A stretch of 56,822 nt of DNA from Myxococcota bacterium (GCA_040752415.1 JBFMGU010000030.1:1-56822); one strand, 5' to 3'; counted from the first letter of the stretch, positions 37,270-46,562 are shown. The notes: generated by a model not told the origin, from the sequence alone. Numbers and translations are program-made.

Positions 37270-37443
37270 CTATCCGGTGAAGACCTCCCAGAAGTCCTTC
37301 CACGCGTCAGACTTGCGCGCGGTCGGACGACCCTCCACCGGCCAGGTCAGCACGGGCATCTCGTCCTCGTCGGAAAAGAGGATCACCGGCGTGGGGTCCT
37401 GGGTGAGCTCCACGGGCTGGGAGGAGTGCAGCTGAGGCTTCAT
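37270..37443 (-). CDS. 57-aa small protein absent from the ORF track
   Basis: GGAG RBS; MKPQLHSSQPVELTQDPTPVILFSDEDEMPVLTWPVEGRPTARKSDAWKDFWEVFTG-stop; nearly all codons end in G/C. Confidence 0.65.
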   Translation of the reverse strand: MKPQLHSSQPVELTQDPTPVILFSDEDEMPVLTWPVEGRPTARKSDAWKDFWEVFTG

Positions 37444-37540
37444 GGTCGTCTCCGAGGTCCCGCCAGAACACGGGAGGCGGCCCTCCTATTCCAGCCTGAC
37501 GTCGGAGATCCATGACGCGACGCGTTGCCACCGCCCGACG

Positions 37541-38443
37541 TCACCACCCCACGCCCGGCAACCCCGCCGCAATCCACAGGTGATAGGCCAGCAGCAGTCC
37601 CGCGCCGGTCCACGTGAGCAGGATGCAGTCGCGGGAGGTGATTCCTCGTCGGAGCGCGCGCTTGTAGGCGGCAAGCTGGATGGCCGGCGCCAGGACCATC
37701 ACGAAGATCCGCCACGGCAGGATGCCCAGCGCGTAACCCACCACCAACGTCGTCACCGCGGCCCCGATCAGCGTGTCGATGATGCGCACCGCGCCACGCT
37801 CCCCGTGCACCACCGGGTAGGTCCGCACGTCGGCGGCGCGGTCGCCGGGCGCGTCACGCAGGTCATAGATGACTTCGTAACTGATCTCGAAGAGGAAGAA
37901 GAACAACGCCGCGCACCCCACCGTGGCCGCGGTGATGCCGGGCGGGCGTTCTCCGGCTCCCACGACGAGCGGATAGCCGAACACCGTGATCATGAACCCG
38001 GTGGCCGAAGCGGTGTTCTTCCAGAAGTAGAGCTGCTTGATGCGTCGCCCGCCGGGCAGCAGCGGCCAGTTATAGGCCAGCCCCAGGGCGTGATAGCCCA
38101 CCCGCCACAGCGTCACCTGCGGCGCCACCAGGTGCACCAGCGCCAGCGAGCCGAAGAGCGCCAGCAGGCCCCCGACGAGGATCCCGCGACGGTGGCGCGC
38201 CACGAAGTCCGTTCCCGCGATGTGGTTGGCGCGGTCCTCGGGCAGGTCCACCACACGGTTGAGGAGGTTCACCAGGAACCAGTCCAGCGCGCACACCGAG
38301 GAGAGAAGCCACAGGTGCGTGCCGGTGAACAGCCAGCCGAAGGTGAAGGTGCCCAGCGCGGCAATGGCGACGATGTGGAGGCGGCTGATGCTGGCCCACA
38401 GCTTGAGCGGTTGCGGAGACGTGGGGAGGATTGCCGCGGTCAT
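37541..38443 (-). CDS. UbiA-family prenyltransferase
   Basis: NRVVDLPEDRAN and YDLRDAPGD Asp-rich motifs; multiple TM helices. Confidence 0.88.
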   Translation of the reverse strand: MTAAILPTSPQPLKLWASISRLHIVAIAALGTFTFGWLFTGTHLWLLSSVCALDWFLVNLLNRVVDLPEDRANHIAGTDFVARHRRGILVGGLLALFGSLALVHLVAPQVTLWRVGYHALGLAYNWPLLPGGRRIKQLYFWKNTASATGFMITVFGYPLVVGAGERPPGITAATVGCAALFFFLFEISYEVIYDLRDAPGDRAADVRTYPVVHGERGAVRIIDTLIGAAVTTLVVGYALGILPWRIFVMVLAPAIQLAAYKRALRRGITSRDCILLTWTGAGLLLAYHLWIAAGLPGVGW

Positions 38444-38571
38444 GGGGAGTTTTCTTGTGGGTGCGTGCACCATACCAGCATTCTCCGACGCACCGTTGTT
38501 CACCGGATTTTTGTCCGACGGTACATGGGGCGCGGCACGGAGAAGATGACGGCGTCCCACAGGAGCAGAAC

Positions 38572-39765
38572 ATGGCTTACGCCGCCGTCCAGAAGTTTCC
38601 CCGCTACGCGATGCACACTCCGGTCATGGTGGTGACGCGCGCGGGCGGTGCGGTGCAGATGCTCAACACCGAGAACGTCTCGTTGGGTGGCTTGTTTGTG
38701 CGCACCAACAGCCCCGTCTCACCCGGCATGGAGGTCACCGTGCGGTTTGGCGACGTGGGCAACGTGGTGGGTGGTGTGGCGCGGGTGGTGCACGTCATCC
38801 ACGAGTCGGAGAGTGCCCGCAAGCTGCATCCGCCGGGCATGGGCCTGGAGTTCCACGACCTGCCCAAGCCCTCCCACGTGGCGTTGTTGCGCCTGGTGGA
38901 GGGACTGGCGGCGCACGCGCCGGCGGCGCCCTCGTTCCGTCATGAGCCGCGGCTGAAGTCGAACACGACGGTGCGCGTGCAGATACCGGGTCGTGAGGCG
39001 CTGGCGGAGCTGGCGGCCTCCAACCTCAGCAAGGGCGGTCTGTTCGTGGAGACGCCGGACCCGCCCGCGGTGGGCACGCGACTCACCGTGCAGCTCACCA
39101 CGCCCGGCGGCGCGCTCACGTTGCACGCGGAGGTGGTGCACCGCCTGGATGACGCCAAGGCCCGTGCGTTCGGGCAGAAGCCGGGCGCGGGCCTGCAGTT
39201 CGTCGACTACGACAACGAGAAGCGGCGTGAGCTGGCGCGCTACCTGGATGGTCGCTCCCAGAGCCTGGGTGGCGAGCTGCACGAACCCGCGCCCACGCCC
39301 CAGCTGCTGGAGGCGCTCAACGCCGCGCGCCGTCTGTTCGAGGGCCTGGACAAGCAGGACGCGTTTGGCGCCGTGGGGCTGGAGCCCACCGCCGCGGAGT
39401 CGGTGATCCACGTGCGCCTGGCCACGTTGCACGGCCTGTTCCGCATCCCGCTCACGGGCGCCACGCCGGCGCAGGAGCAGAAGGTCCGTTCCGCGGCGCG
39501 CGTGCTGCCGCGCGTGGAGCAGACGCTGATGCGCATCATCGACGAGCGCCACCGTCCACGCTCCGCGGCGCAGGAAGCCGGCGTGCAGGATGAGACCGCC
39601 CTCAAGGTGCAGAGCGCCATCACGCGCGCGGCACGGCTGCAGGAACGCGGTCACATCAAGGAGGCGCGCGGCGTGTTGCTCACCGCGCTGGAGCAGATCC
39701 CCGGCCACCCCGGCCTGAGCGCGCGCGTGGAAGAGCTGACGCGCATGATGACGCAGCGCCCGTAA
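38572..39765 (+). CDS. Tandem PilZ-domain protein with C-terminal helical/TPR-like region
   Basis: NVSLGGLFV and R...R...NLSKGGLFV; GMGLEF and GAGLQF; AGGAG RBS. Confidence 0.85.
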   Translation: MAYAAVQKFPRYAMHTPVMVVTRAGGAVQMLNTENVSLGGLFVRTNSPVSPGMEVTVRFGDVGNVVGGVARVVHVIHESESARKLHPPGMGLEFHDLPKPSHVALLRLVEGLAAHAPAAPSFRHEPRLKSNTTVRVQIPGREALAELAASNLSKGGLFVETPDPPAVGTRLTVQLTTPGGALTLHAEVVHRLDDAKARAFGQKPGAGLQFVDYDNEKRRELARYLDGRSQSLGGELHEPAPTPQLLEALNAARRLFEGLDKQDAFGAVGLEPTAAESVIHVRLATLHGLFRIPLTGATPAQEQKVRSAARVLPRVEQTLMRIIDERHRPRSAAQEAGVQDETALKVQSAITRAARLQERGHIKEARGVLLTALEQIPGHPGLSARVEELTRMMTQRP

Positions 39766-39766
39766 C

Positions 39767-40048
39767 TCACTTCATCGGGTCGTGCTCGACGAGGAGGCGC
39801 TCCAGGCGCGCTTCGTCCACCTTCGCGTGCAGCTTCTCCGCCTCGAACTGGTCCCGCGTGGTCTTGGCCACGTTCAGCGTGCTGCCCACCGAGAACAACA
39901 GCCCCATCCCCACGAACGCCTTCATCCAGATGTCCACCGGCAGGTACAGGATGCCCAGCGCGGTGGCTCCGACGGACACCGCGAAGGAAATCCACACCTG
40001 CGCCACCCACGCTCCACTGTGCGGCTGCGTCCTCGGCGGGTTGCTCAT
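39767..40048 (-). CDS. YiaA/YiaB two-helix inner membrane protein
   Basis: W..Q.WISF, GILYLP...W.KAF..MG, AKTTRD..E; GGAGGAG RBS; alternative in-frame start at 40135. Confidence 0.85.
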   Translation of the reverse strand: MSNPPRTQPHSGAWVAQVWISFAVSVGATALGILYLPVDIWMKAFVGMGLLFSVGSTLNVAKTTRDQFEAEKLHAKVDEARLERLLVEHDPMK

Positions 40049-40182
40049 CGTGCTCCTCCAGGCAAGGTTGGCCATCGGCATCGGGTTGCCGCGGGCGGAA
40101 TCCGTGTGTGCAGCGTTGGTCGCGTTGGCTGACATGGGGCTTGCCTCCTGGGCGGCTTCCTGACCGCCACGCCCCGCTCCAT

Positions 40183-40198
40183 CGCAAGTCACCTGCCA
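40183..40198 (-). promoter_or_regulatory. sigma54 promoter for the YiaA/B gene
   Basis: Minus strand TGGCAGGTGACTTGCG, one mismatch from TGGCAC-N5-TTGC; divergent from a sigma54 activator gene. Confidence 0.75.
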
Positions 40199-40335
40199 GC
40201 CGCGTCCCGCCCCCGCGACGGAGCCGATATCACCCGTTTTTTCCATGACTTACGCGACAGACCGGCTCGGCGGAAACCGCCCATCTCCCCACGCAGGCCT
40301 GTACATCCACTGAACACTGCATACACTGCGTGTCC

Positions 40336-41904
40336 ATGGCCTTCCTGGACAGCGAGAACCGGAACTTCCTCCGCGCCATCTCGGCGCTGGCCGTTTCCAA
40401 CCCGTTCCTTCCCGAGCGCAAGAGCCTGGAGGAGCAAGCGCTGGGCCCGCACTACGTGCCCACGCAACGCGTGTGGAGCCTGCGCGGTGACCCCGCGGCG
40501 CCCGACCAGAACCTGCAGCGCATCGTCGTGAAGCTGGAGGGCGTGATCAAGACGCTGCGCGCACGGATGGACCGCGCCCCGCGCCCGGGCACCGCCGACC
40601 TGGAGCTCTACGAGGACGGCGTCTTCTTCCTGCTGTACCACCGTCATGCCGCGGACTTCGCCTCGCTGATGAACGCGGGAGCCCGCGGCGAAGGTGTTCC
40701 GGCGCGTGGCCATGCGGAATTCCAGCGTGAGCTGCACACCCTGAAGCCCGACGACGTCGACTTCCCGCGCGGCTACGCCCCCGCGCACATGTTCGCGTTC
40801 TTCTTCCAGCTGCAGCGCGCGTTCGTGAACATCTTCGAGCACATCGTGGGCGGCTCGCTGCCGGCGGCCCGCTTGCGCGCAGCGGTATGGCAGTCGGTGT
40901 TCACGCACCAGCCGCGTCGCTACCTGGATGGCCTCTACCCGCGCATGCGCGACTTCACCACGCTCATCTCCGGTCCCTCGGGCTCGGGCAAGGAGCTGGT
41001 GGCGCGCGCGGTGGGCCTCAGCCAGTACATCCCGCTCGACGCGAAGACCGGTCGCTTCGTGGTCCATCCCGCCACCAGCTTCCACGCCGTCAACCTCTCC
41101 GCGCTCTCTCCCACGCTCATCGAGAGTGAGCTGTTTGGTCATTGTCGGGGCGCGTTCACCGGCGCGGTGCGCGACCGCGTGGGCTGGCTGGAGGAAGCCG
41201 GTCGGCACGGCTCGGTGTTCCTCGACGAGATTGGTGAGCTGGACCTGGCCCTGCAGGTGAAGCTGCTGCGCGTGCTGCAGACCCGGGTCTTCCAGCGCCT
41301 GGGTGAGACCGAGCCGCGCACGTTCGAAGGCAAGCTGATCGTCGCCACCAACCGGCACCTGCCCACCGCCATCGACGAGGGTGGCTTCCGCGAGGACCTC
41401 TATTACCGGATGTGCTCCGACATCATCACCACGCCCTCGCTGGCCGAGCAGCTGGCCGACTCCCCCGACGAGCTGCGCCCCATGCTGCTGTTCATCATCC
41501 GCAACATCCTGGGCGGGCGCGGGGAGGCGGACACCGCGCGCGTGGAGCAGGTGGGCGACGAGGTGGAGGGTTGGATTCATGAGCGCTTGGGGCGCGCCTA
41601 TCCCTGGCCCGGCAACTTCCGTGAGCTGGAGCAGTGTGTGCGCAACGTGCTCATCCGTCGGGACTACGTGCCGCGCCCCACGCGCGCCCCCACGTCGACC
41701 ACGCCGGCCCTGGAGGAGACCTGGCGCGCCATCCAGCAGGGCACCCTCAGCGCGGATGAGCTGCTCACCTTCTATTGCACGCTGCAGTTCGCGCGCAGCG
41801 GGAGCTATGTCGAGACCGCGCAGCAGGTGGGGTTGGACCGCCGCACGGTGAAGCGCCACGTCGACAACGCGCTGCTGCAGCGCCTCCGGGCAAGCTCGGG
41901 CTGA
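40336..41904 (+). CDS. sigma54-dependent enhancer-binding protein with unrecognised N-terminal domain
   Basis: GPSGSGKE, ESELFGH, GAFTGA, FLDEIGE, FREDLYYR, WPGNFREL, C-terminal HTH. Confidence 0.92.
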   Translation: MAFLDSENRNFLRAISALAVSNPFLPERKSLEEQALGPHYVPTQRVWSLRGDPAAPDQNLQRIVVKLEGVIKTLRARMDRAPRPGTADLELYEDGVFFLLYHRHAADFASLMNAGARGEGVPARGHAEFQRELHTLKPDDVDFPRGYAPAHMFAFFFQLQRAFVNIFEHIVGGSLPAARLRAAVWQSVFTHQPRRYLDGLYPRMRDFTTLISGPSGSGKELVARAVGLSQYIPLDAKTGRFVVHPATSFHAVNLSALSPTLIESELFGHCRGAFTGAVRDRVGWLEEAGRHGSVFLDEIGELDLALQVKLLRVLQTRVFQRLGETEPRTFEGKLIVATNRHLPTAIDEGGFREDLYYRMCSDIITTPSLAEQLADSPDELRPMLLFIIRNILGGRGEADTARVEQVGDEVEGWIHERLGRAYPWPGNFRELEQCVRNVLIRRDYVPRPTRAPTSTTPALEETWRAIQQGTLSADELLTFYCTLQFARSGSYVETAQQVGLDRRTVKRHVDNALLQRLRASSG

Positions 41905-41994
41905 AGCATTCCGGGAAACCAGGAACCAACGCCCGTGCTCCGGTTGAAGCCCGTTTCTCCGCGTCAGACCGCGTCGAACTGCAATGCGCTTCCC

Positions 41995-42011
41995 CTGCAC
42001 GCATGATCAGG
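41995..42011 (+). promoter_or_regulatory. Candidate Myxococcus-type LexA (SOS) box
   Basis: CTGCACGCATGATCAGG matches 15/17 of CTRHAMRYBYGTTCAGS (consensus recalled from memory); next to a GATACT -10-like hexamer at 42016. Confidence 0.55.
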
Positions 42012-42048
42012 TGGTGATACTGAAGGGGCGTTCCATCAAGGAGACGCC

Positions 42049-42945
42049 ATGGTCACCGCGCTGCAGAAGTTCCCCGCTCCCGCCACCAATGAAGACCAGG
42101 CGGTCACCAACCTGGTGCCGCACAACCTGGAGCAGCTCTACAAGCTGAGCCACAACCTCTCGGGGAGCGCGCTCATCCCCAACGCGTTGCGCAACCGCCC
42201 GGCCGACGTGGCGGTGGTCATCATGACCGGCCTGGAGCTGGGCCTGAGCCCCATGCAGGCGCTGCGGCTCATCCACGTGTGGAACGGCAAACCCAGCCTG
42301 AGCGCGGACCTCATTGTGGCGCTGGTGAAGCGCAGCCCGGCCTGCAAGTACTTCCGCCTGCTGGAGAGCAACGCGCGCCTGGCCACGTACGAGACGCTGC
42401 GCGAAGGGGAGCCGGAGCCCACGCGCATGTCGTTCACCGTGGAGCAGGCGCAGAAAGCCGGGCTGCTCAACAAGGACGTCTGGCGCAACTACCCGGAGCC
42501 CATGCTGCGGGCGCGCGCCGCCGCCTATCTTGCGCGCATCGTCTACCCGGACGTCGTGGGCGGCATCTACACCGAGGACGAGGGCGAGGAGATTCGTCGC
42601 AACAACAGCCCGGGCAGCGTGCACGCGGTCAGCGCCACGGTGGTGGATGAGGCTGCCAGCGTGGAGGTCACGCCCGCCCCCGCGGCGGAAATGACCCCCA
42701 CCGCGGCGCAGGATGCCGTGGTGGAGCCGCCGGCCGCCCCCGTGACGACGAGCGCGGAGGCCGCACCGGCCACCAAGGACGAGTTGGACGCGGAGGTGAC
42801 CGCGGCGCTGGCGAAGGTGCGCACGGTGACGGAGCTCAACACGCTGAAGCGGAAGTTCAACCGGGAGTTCCCGCAGGGGCACCCGCAGCGTGAGGCGATG
42901 ATCGCGGCGTGCAAGACGCGTGAGACCGAGCTCAAGTCGCGCTGA
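42049..42945 (+). CDS. recT: RecT-family single-strand annealing protein
   Basis: G.ELGLSPMQAL..I.V.NGKP, FT.EQA.KAGL, W.NYP..ML.ARA...LAR..YPDV.GGIYTEDE; AAGGAG RBS. Confidence 0.85.
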   Translation: MVTALQKFPAPATNEDQAVTNLVPHNLEQLYKLSHNLSGSALIPNALRNRPADVAVVIMTGLELGLSPMQALRLIHVWNGKPSLSADLIVALVKRSPACKYFRLLESNARLATYETLREGEPEPTRMSFTVEQAQKAGLLNKDVWRNYPEPMLRARAAAYLARIVYPDVVGGIYTEDEGEEIRRNNSPGSVHAVSATVVDEAASVEVTPAPAAEMTPTAAQDAVVEPPAAPVTTSAEAAPATKDELDAEVTAALAKVRTVTELNTLKRKFNREFPQGHPQREAMIAACKTRETELKSR

Positions 42946-42992
42946 GGTGGGCGGTGGCTCGCAGCTTCCTCCGTCGTCACCATGGGGAAGAG

Positions 42993-43262
42993 ATGAAACG
43001 CACCGGACCCCATGACGGACCGCAGGTTGCCCCCGCGCGCACCGCGCGCACGCTGGCGGAGTGGCGCGACCACGGACATGACGCCGCGGTGGATGACCTC
43101 CTCGGCGGCGGGGAGCCCGACCTGGACTGGCGCGGCCGCTACCCCGAGCACGCCGCGGCGCTCGACGAGGAGAACGCGGACGCGGCGGAGACCGCGTGGC
43201 GCGAGGGGTACGAGCTGGGGTTGCAGGCACTGAGTCGTTCGGGGAGGGTTCGCGCGCGTTAG
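42993..43262 (+). CDS. Small acidic hypothetical protein
   Basis: GGGGAAGAG before ATG; high GC3; WREGYELG motif. Confidence 0.5.
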   Translation: MKRTGPHDGPQVAPARTARTLAEWRDHGHDAAVDDLLGGGEPDLDWRGRYPEHAAALDEENADAAETAWREGYELGLQALSRSGRVRAR

Positions 43263-43316
43263 GCTTGGCGGCGTGGGCGGACGGATGGCAGTGGTGGCGT
43301 CCGGTGCTCAAGAGTG

Positions 43317-43451
43317 AAAGCGGTACTTCATACCGCAGTCCGAAAGTGCGACCGCACGCTGCGTCGTCGTTGGAAAGCGCCCGTGCCGGCCACGGAGAGA
43401 AGCGAAGTTGGGGCGCCGGCACCTTCGGACTGCGGCATGAAGTGCCGCTTT
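43317..43451. repeat. REP doublet (33-bp inverted units)
   Basis: AAAGCGGTACTTCATACCGCAGTCCGAAAGTGC (43317-43349) versus the complement at 43419-43451, 3 mismatches. Confidence 0.85.
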
Positions 43452-43468
43452 GGCTCCGGTTGCCGGGC

Positions 43469-43684
43469 TCACACGATGGTCAGCTCATCCGGACGTCGCA
43501 GCAGGTACCAGAAGTCCTCCACACGCTTCACCACGCCGCTGCTCAGCAGCATGTCCTGCACGTGGGTGATCTCATCCACGGTGCATCCATAGAGATGCGC
43601 CAGCCGCTCCCGGCTGGGCAGGGGCAACCCCGAAGTCAGACATTCCTCGATCACGCAGAGAAGCCAGATTGCCAGGGACCGCAT
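43469..43684 (-). CDS. Small winged-helix (GntR-like HTH) protein
   Basis: LPSRERLAHLYGCT...I......L...GVV.R pattern; GGGAG RBS. Confidence 0.55.
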   Translation of the reverse strand: MRSLAIWLLCVIEECLTSGLPLPSRERLAHLYGCTVDEITHVQDMLLSSGVVKRVEDFWYLLRRPDELTIV

Positions 43685-43882
43685 ACCGTGGCTCCCGTGT
43701 TGGCAGGACGGCGACGGCCCTGCACCTGTGGAGGTTGTCCCGCACGTCGTGAAGACGCCGCTCACGTGGGGCGTGTTCCCGACGTGCAGGCGGCCCGCTG
43801 TCCCAGGGCCGTGGGTGGGGTTGTAACGGACGGTGATGCGCCGGCCAGACGCGCACGTCGACGACCGGGACGCCGTGATGGC

Positions 43883-44536
43883 TCAGTGCTCCGCCGCGCT
43901 CTCCTCACGCCGCGCGGGCCCGGCCTCCGTCACGCGCCGGCGCAATTGCGCGTTGAAGATGCGCACCGCCGCCTTCTCCGCCTTGTCGCGCAGGAGCCCA
44001 AGCTGGACGCCCGCGGCGAACGCCAGGAACCCCGCCAGCATCCATGCGCCCACCACCACCAGTCCCGCCGCCATCACCACCACCGACGACGTCCACAGCG
44101 CCTGCCCCTGCCCCATGGCCACGCCCGCCCCCAGTCCCCACGCGTTCAGCCCCACCAGCGCCGCGTTGGTGGCAATCAACGTGAGCAGCGCACCGGCGGC
44201 AAACACCACGCTCATCACCAGGCTCCCCACCTGCACCAGGCCCAGCGTCGTCGGGGGGAGCGCGCGCGCCGCGTCGGGATTGGAGGAGAGATAGGCCCGC
44301 ACCTCCGGGTTCATGCGCGTGTCCAACGCCTCCGCGCGCGGCCGCGTGGCTTCCCCAATGCGGATGACACCCTCGTCGCGCACCTCGTACGCCGCCACGC
44401 GCGACTCCATGGCCGCGGGGGTTCCGTCGTGGGACAGGTCCGTGTCCGTGGGTGGCGACGGAATCCTTCCCTGCGAGGTGGCACAACCCGTCATGATCCC
44501 CACCGCCGCAATCCAGCCCACCACGTACCGATTCAT
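43883..44536 (-). CDS. Lipoprotein with C-terminal hydrophobic helices
   Basis: GGAGGGAG RBS; lipobox MTGC; hydrophobic hairpin; A...FN..LRRR terminus. Confidence 0.7.
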   Translation of the reverse strand: MNRYVVGWIAAVGIMTGCATSQGRIPSPPTDTDLSHDGTPAAMESRVAAYEVRDEGVIRIGEATRPRAEALDTRMNPEVRAYLSSNPDAARALPPTTLGLVQVGSLVMSVVFAAGALLTLIATNAALVGLNAWGLGAGVAMGQGQALWTSSVVVMAAGLVVVGAWMLAGFLAFAAGVQLGLLRDKAEKAAVRIFNAQLRRRVTEAGPARREESAAEH

Positions 44537-44789
44537 GCGTCTCCCTCCGGAGCACCACGCTAGGACCAGCCGCGCGCACGCCGGAAACGCGCCGCGCGCT
44601 TCCGCTCACGTCAGAACTCGTCGGTGCGCTCCGTGGGCCACAGCGTGGGCGGACAGCCACGCGTGACGCCGCGCCGTTCTCGCCGGCCTGGCACACGCTG
44701 ACGCAGGACCCGCGCTCCGACGTGACAACCTGGCAGACCGGTGCCGCGCGCGCGCCGGATCGCGTGACAGGAGTGCAACGCGGCCGTGC

Positions 44790-44805
44790 TGGCATGCGCT
44801 CTGCT
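44790..44805 (+). promoter_or_regulatory. Putative sigma54 promoter
   Basis: TGGCATGCGCTCTGCT (GG-N10-GC), 36 bp before the ATG at 44842. Confidence 0.5.
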
Positions 44806-44841
44806 GAGGGGCCCGCGGAACCCACCGCCCCGGAGAAGGAC

Positions 44842-45162
44842 ATGGCTCCCGCAGTCGTCACGGCATTCCGCGGTCAACCCCGCCTGGCGCACGCGCTGGC
44901 GTCGCTCATCCTCACCGTTGTGCCGCTGGCCGCATGGGGCACCGTGCCGGACACCGCGCCGGCGCGCGCGTTGCTGGTCTCGTCGTCGGAAACGCGCCTC
45001 CTCGACGCGGCGGGCCTGGTGCTGCTCGCCGGGACGCTGCATGCGCTGGTGGTGGGCTCGTGCCTCATGGTGCTGGCGCGCGCGCAAACTCCCTCGCCAC
45101 TTCCCGCCAGCGCACCGGTGCGCCCCGCGTGGTCCGCCGAGCCGGGTCTTTCCGGAGAATGA
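44842..45162 (+). CDS. Small membrane protein
   Basis: GGAGAAGGA RBS; two hydrophobic segments. Confidence 0.5.
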   Translation: MAPAVVTAFRGQPRLAHALASLILTVVPLAAWGTVPDTAPARALLVSSSETRLLDAAGLVLLAGTLHALVVGSCLMVLARAQTPSPLPASAPVRPAWSAEPGLSGE

Positions 45163-45172
45163 GCTGCGCGGC

Positions 45173-45619
45173 TCAGCCGTCGAGCTGCGGCAGGTGCGGC
45201 GGCAGGAGCCCGCGAATGCCCGCCGGCAGCGTGCCCACTCCCGACGTCACCGGCACCGACAACCCGTGGACCAGCGCGTGATCCAGCCGACCGCGCAGGT
45301 CCGCGGTGTGCCTTTCCTGGGCGGCGCTGCGCTGGGCCGCCAGGTTCTGTTGGCATTCCCAGGTGCGCACCTCCACGTGGTATTGCAGCGCGCGCTGCAT
45401 CTCCAGATCCGGACCGCCGCCGGTGGCCGCCATCACCGTCGAGAACGAAGGTCCCTCGGTGCGCGTCACGTTGCCCTGCATCCGCACCGCGCTGCCCGCC
45501 CCCGCCACACAACCCGCCACGCGCGCCGCCGGCCCACCCGCACCAATGGAATCCGTGCGACGCAACGCGGCCGTGGTGGCGTTGCCCACGCGGGAGATGG
45601 CGCGGATGGACGCGGTCAT
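45173..45619 (-). CDS. Hypothetical protein
   Basis: ATG ORF co-oriented with the upstream gene; low-complexity N-terminus, helical C-terminus. Confidence 0.5.
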   Translation of the reverse strand: MTASIRAISRVGNATTAALRRTDSIGAGGPAARVAGCVAGAGSAVRMQGNVTRTEGPSFSTVMAATGGGPDLEMQRALQYHVEVRTWECQQNLAAQRSAAQERHTADLRGRLDHALVHGLSVPVTSGVGTLPAGIRGLLPPHLPQLDG

Positions 45620-45662
45620 GAGCGGCCATCATAGCTTCCGGGATGGCGCTGTCTACGGTGGG

Positions 45663-46562
45663 TCAGTCGTCAAGGAGCTCGTCGGAGGGAAGCCACCCCT
45701 TGCCCACGCGCTCGGTGGTGACCTTGTAGTCCTTGCCAATGCGCGCGCGAGCCAGCGTGCCGTCGAGCGGATCGTTGTAGAGGAACTCCAGCCCGTCCTT
45801 CCCCACCTTGGGGGCCTGCCAGTGCTTCTGCAGCAGGTCACCCACCGCCTTCTGGCGTGCGGGCTCCAGGCGCGGCACCGCGTCCCGGGTGCCCAGCACG
45901 TTCACGCCGGATGCCGCGTTGGCCAGCTGCAGGATCACGTCGACCTTGTCCAACGCCACCTTGTGCTCCTTGAGCAGGGTGCCCAGGCCCGCCAGCGTGA
46001 CGTCGAGGAGCAACGCCCGGGTCTGCTTCACCGAGTACAGGTAGGGCGGCGCGTCGGGGTCCAGGTCATGCCAGACCACCAACGGCACCTCGCCGTACTT
46101 GCGCGCGCTCACCATGCCCAGGCCAAACCCGCGGGAGAGCGCGTCGCGGACCAGCACCGCCGCGGCCTCCACGCCCAGCACCTCCACGCAGCGCACCAGG
46201 CCCGCGGCCAGGCGCTTGTCGGAAATCTCCAGCATCATGGTGCGCGTGGCGTGCTCTTCCCCGTCGTCACCCACGGGCGGCGCGGGATTCTCCATGGTGC
46301 GCGTGGGCACCGTGCGCAGCACCAGCTCCGAGCCGTCCACCGGGCCCAGCGCCTCCATCAACGCCTGCATCAGGTTGGGTCCACCCTTGGGCTTGCCCGC
46401 GGGCGTGGCGGGAGCACCCTCACCGCGGCGACGGTGTGCGTCGTCGTCGAGGATGCCGCTCCCCAGGAAGCTGGTGTCCAGGATGAAGTCGCATGCCGGG
46501 CAGATGGCCGCACCTTCCGGGGTGGGCTTGCCGCAGTTGGGACACCGTGCTGGCGCCTTCAT
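45663..46562 (-). CDS. N-terminal zinc-ribbon protein, unknown function
   Basis: CPNCG...CPACDFILD; GAAGG before ATG; high GC3. Confidence 0.75.
   Translation of the reverse strand: MKAPARCPNCGKPTPEGAAICPACDFILDTSFLGSGILDDDAHRRRGEGAPATPAGKPKGGPNLMQALMEALGPVDGSELVLRTVPTRTMENPAPPVGDDGEEHATRTMMLEISDKRLAAGLVRCVEVLGVEAAAVLVRDALSRGFGLGMVSARKYGEVPLVVWHDLDPDAPPYLYSVKQTRALLLDVTLAGLGTLLKEHKVALDKVDVILQLANAASGVNVLGTRDAVPRLEPARQKAVGDLLQKHWQAPKVGKDGLEFLYNDPLDGTLARARIGKDYKVTTERVGKGWLPSDELLDD

Noticed and set aside
42010..42024. GGTGGTGATACTGA resembles the lambda pL -10 region
   Set aside because: Short match with no lambda-like -35 or operator array; kept only as a possible -10 hexamer
45173..45619. Possible type III secretion rod/needle-like protein
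   Set aside because: Only a vague compositional resemblance, and no T3SS genes nearby
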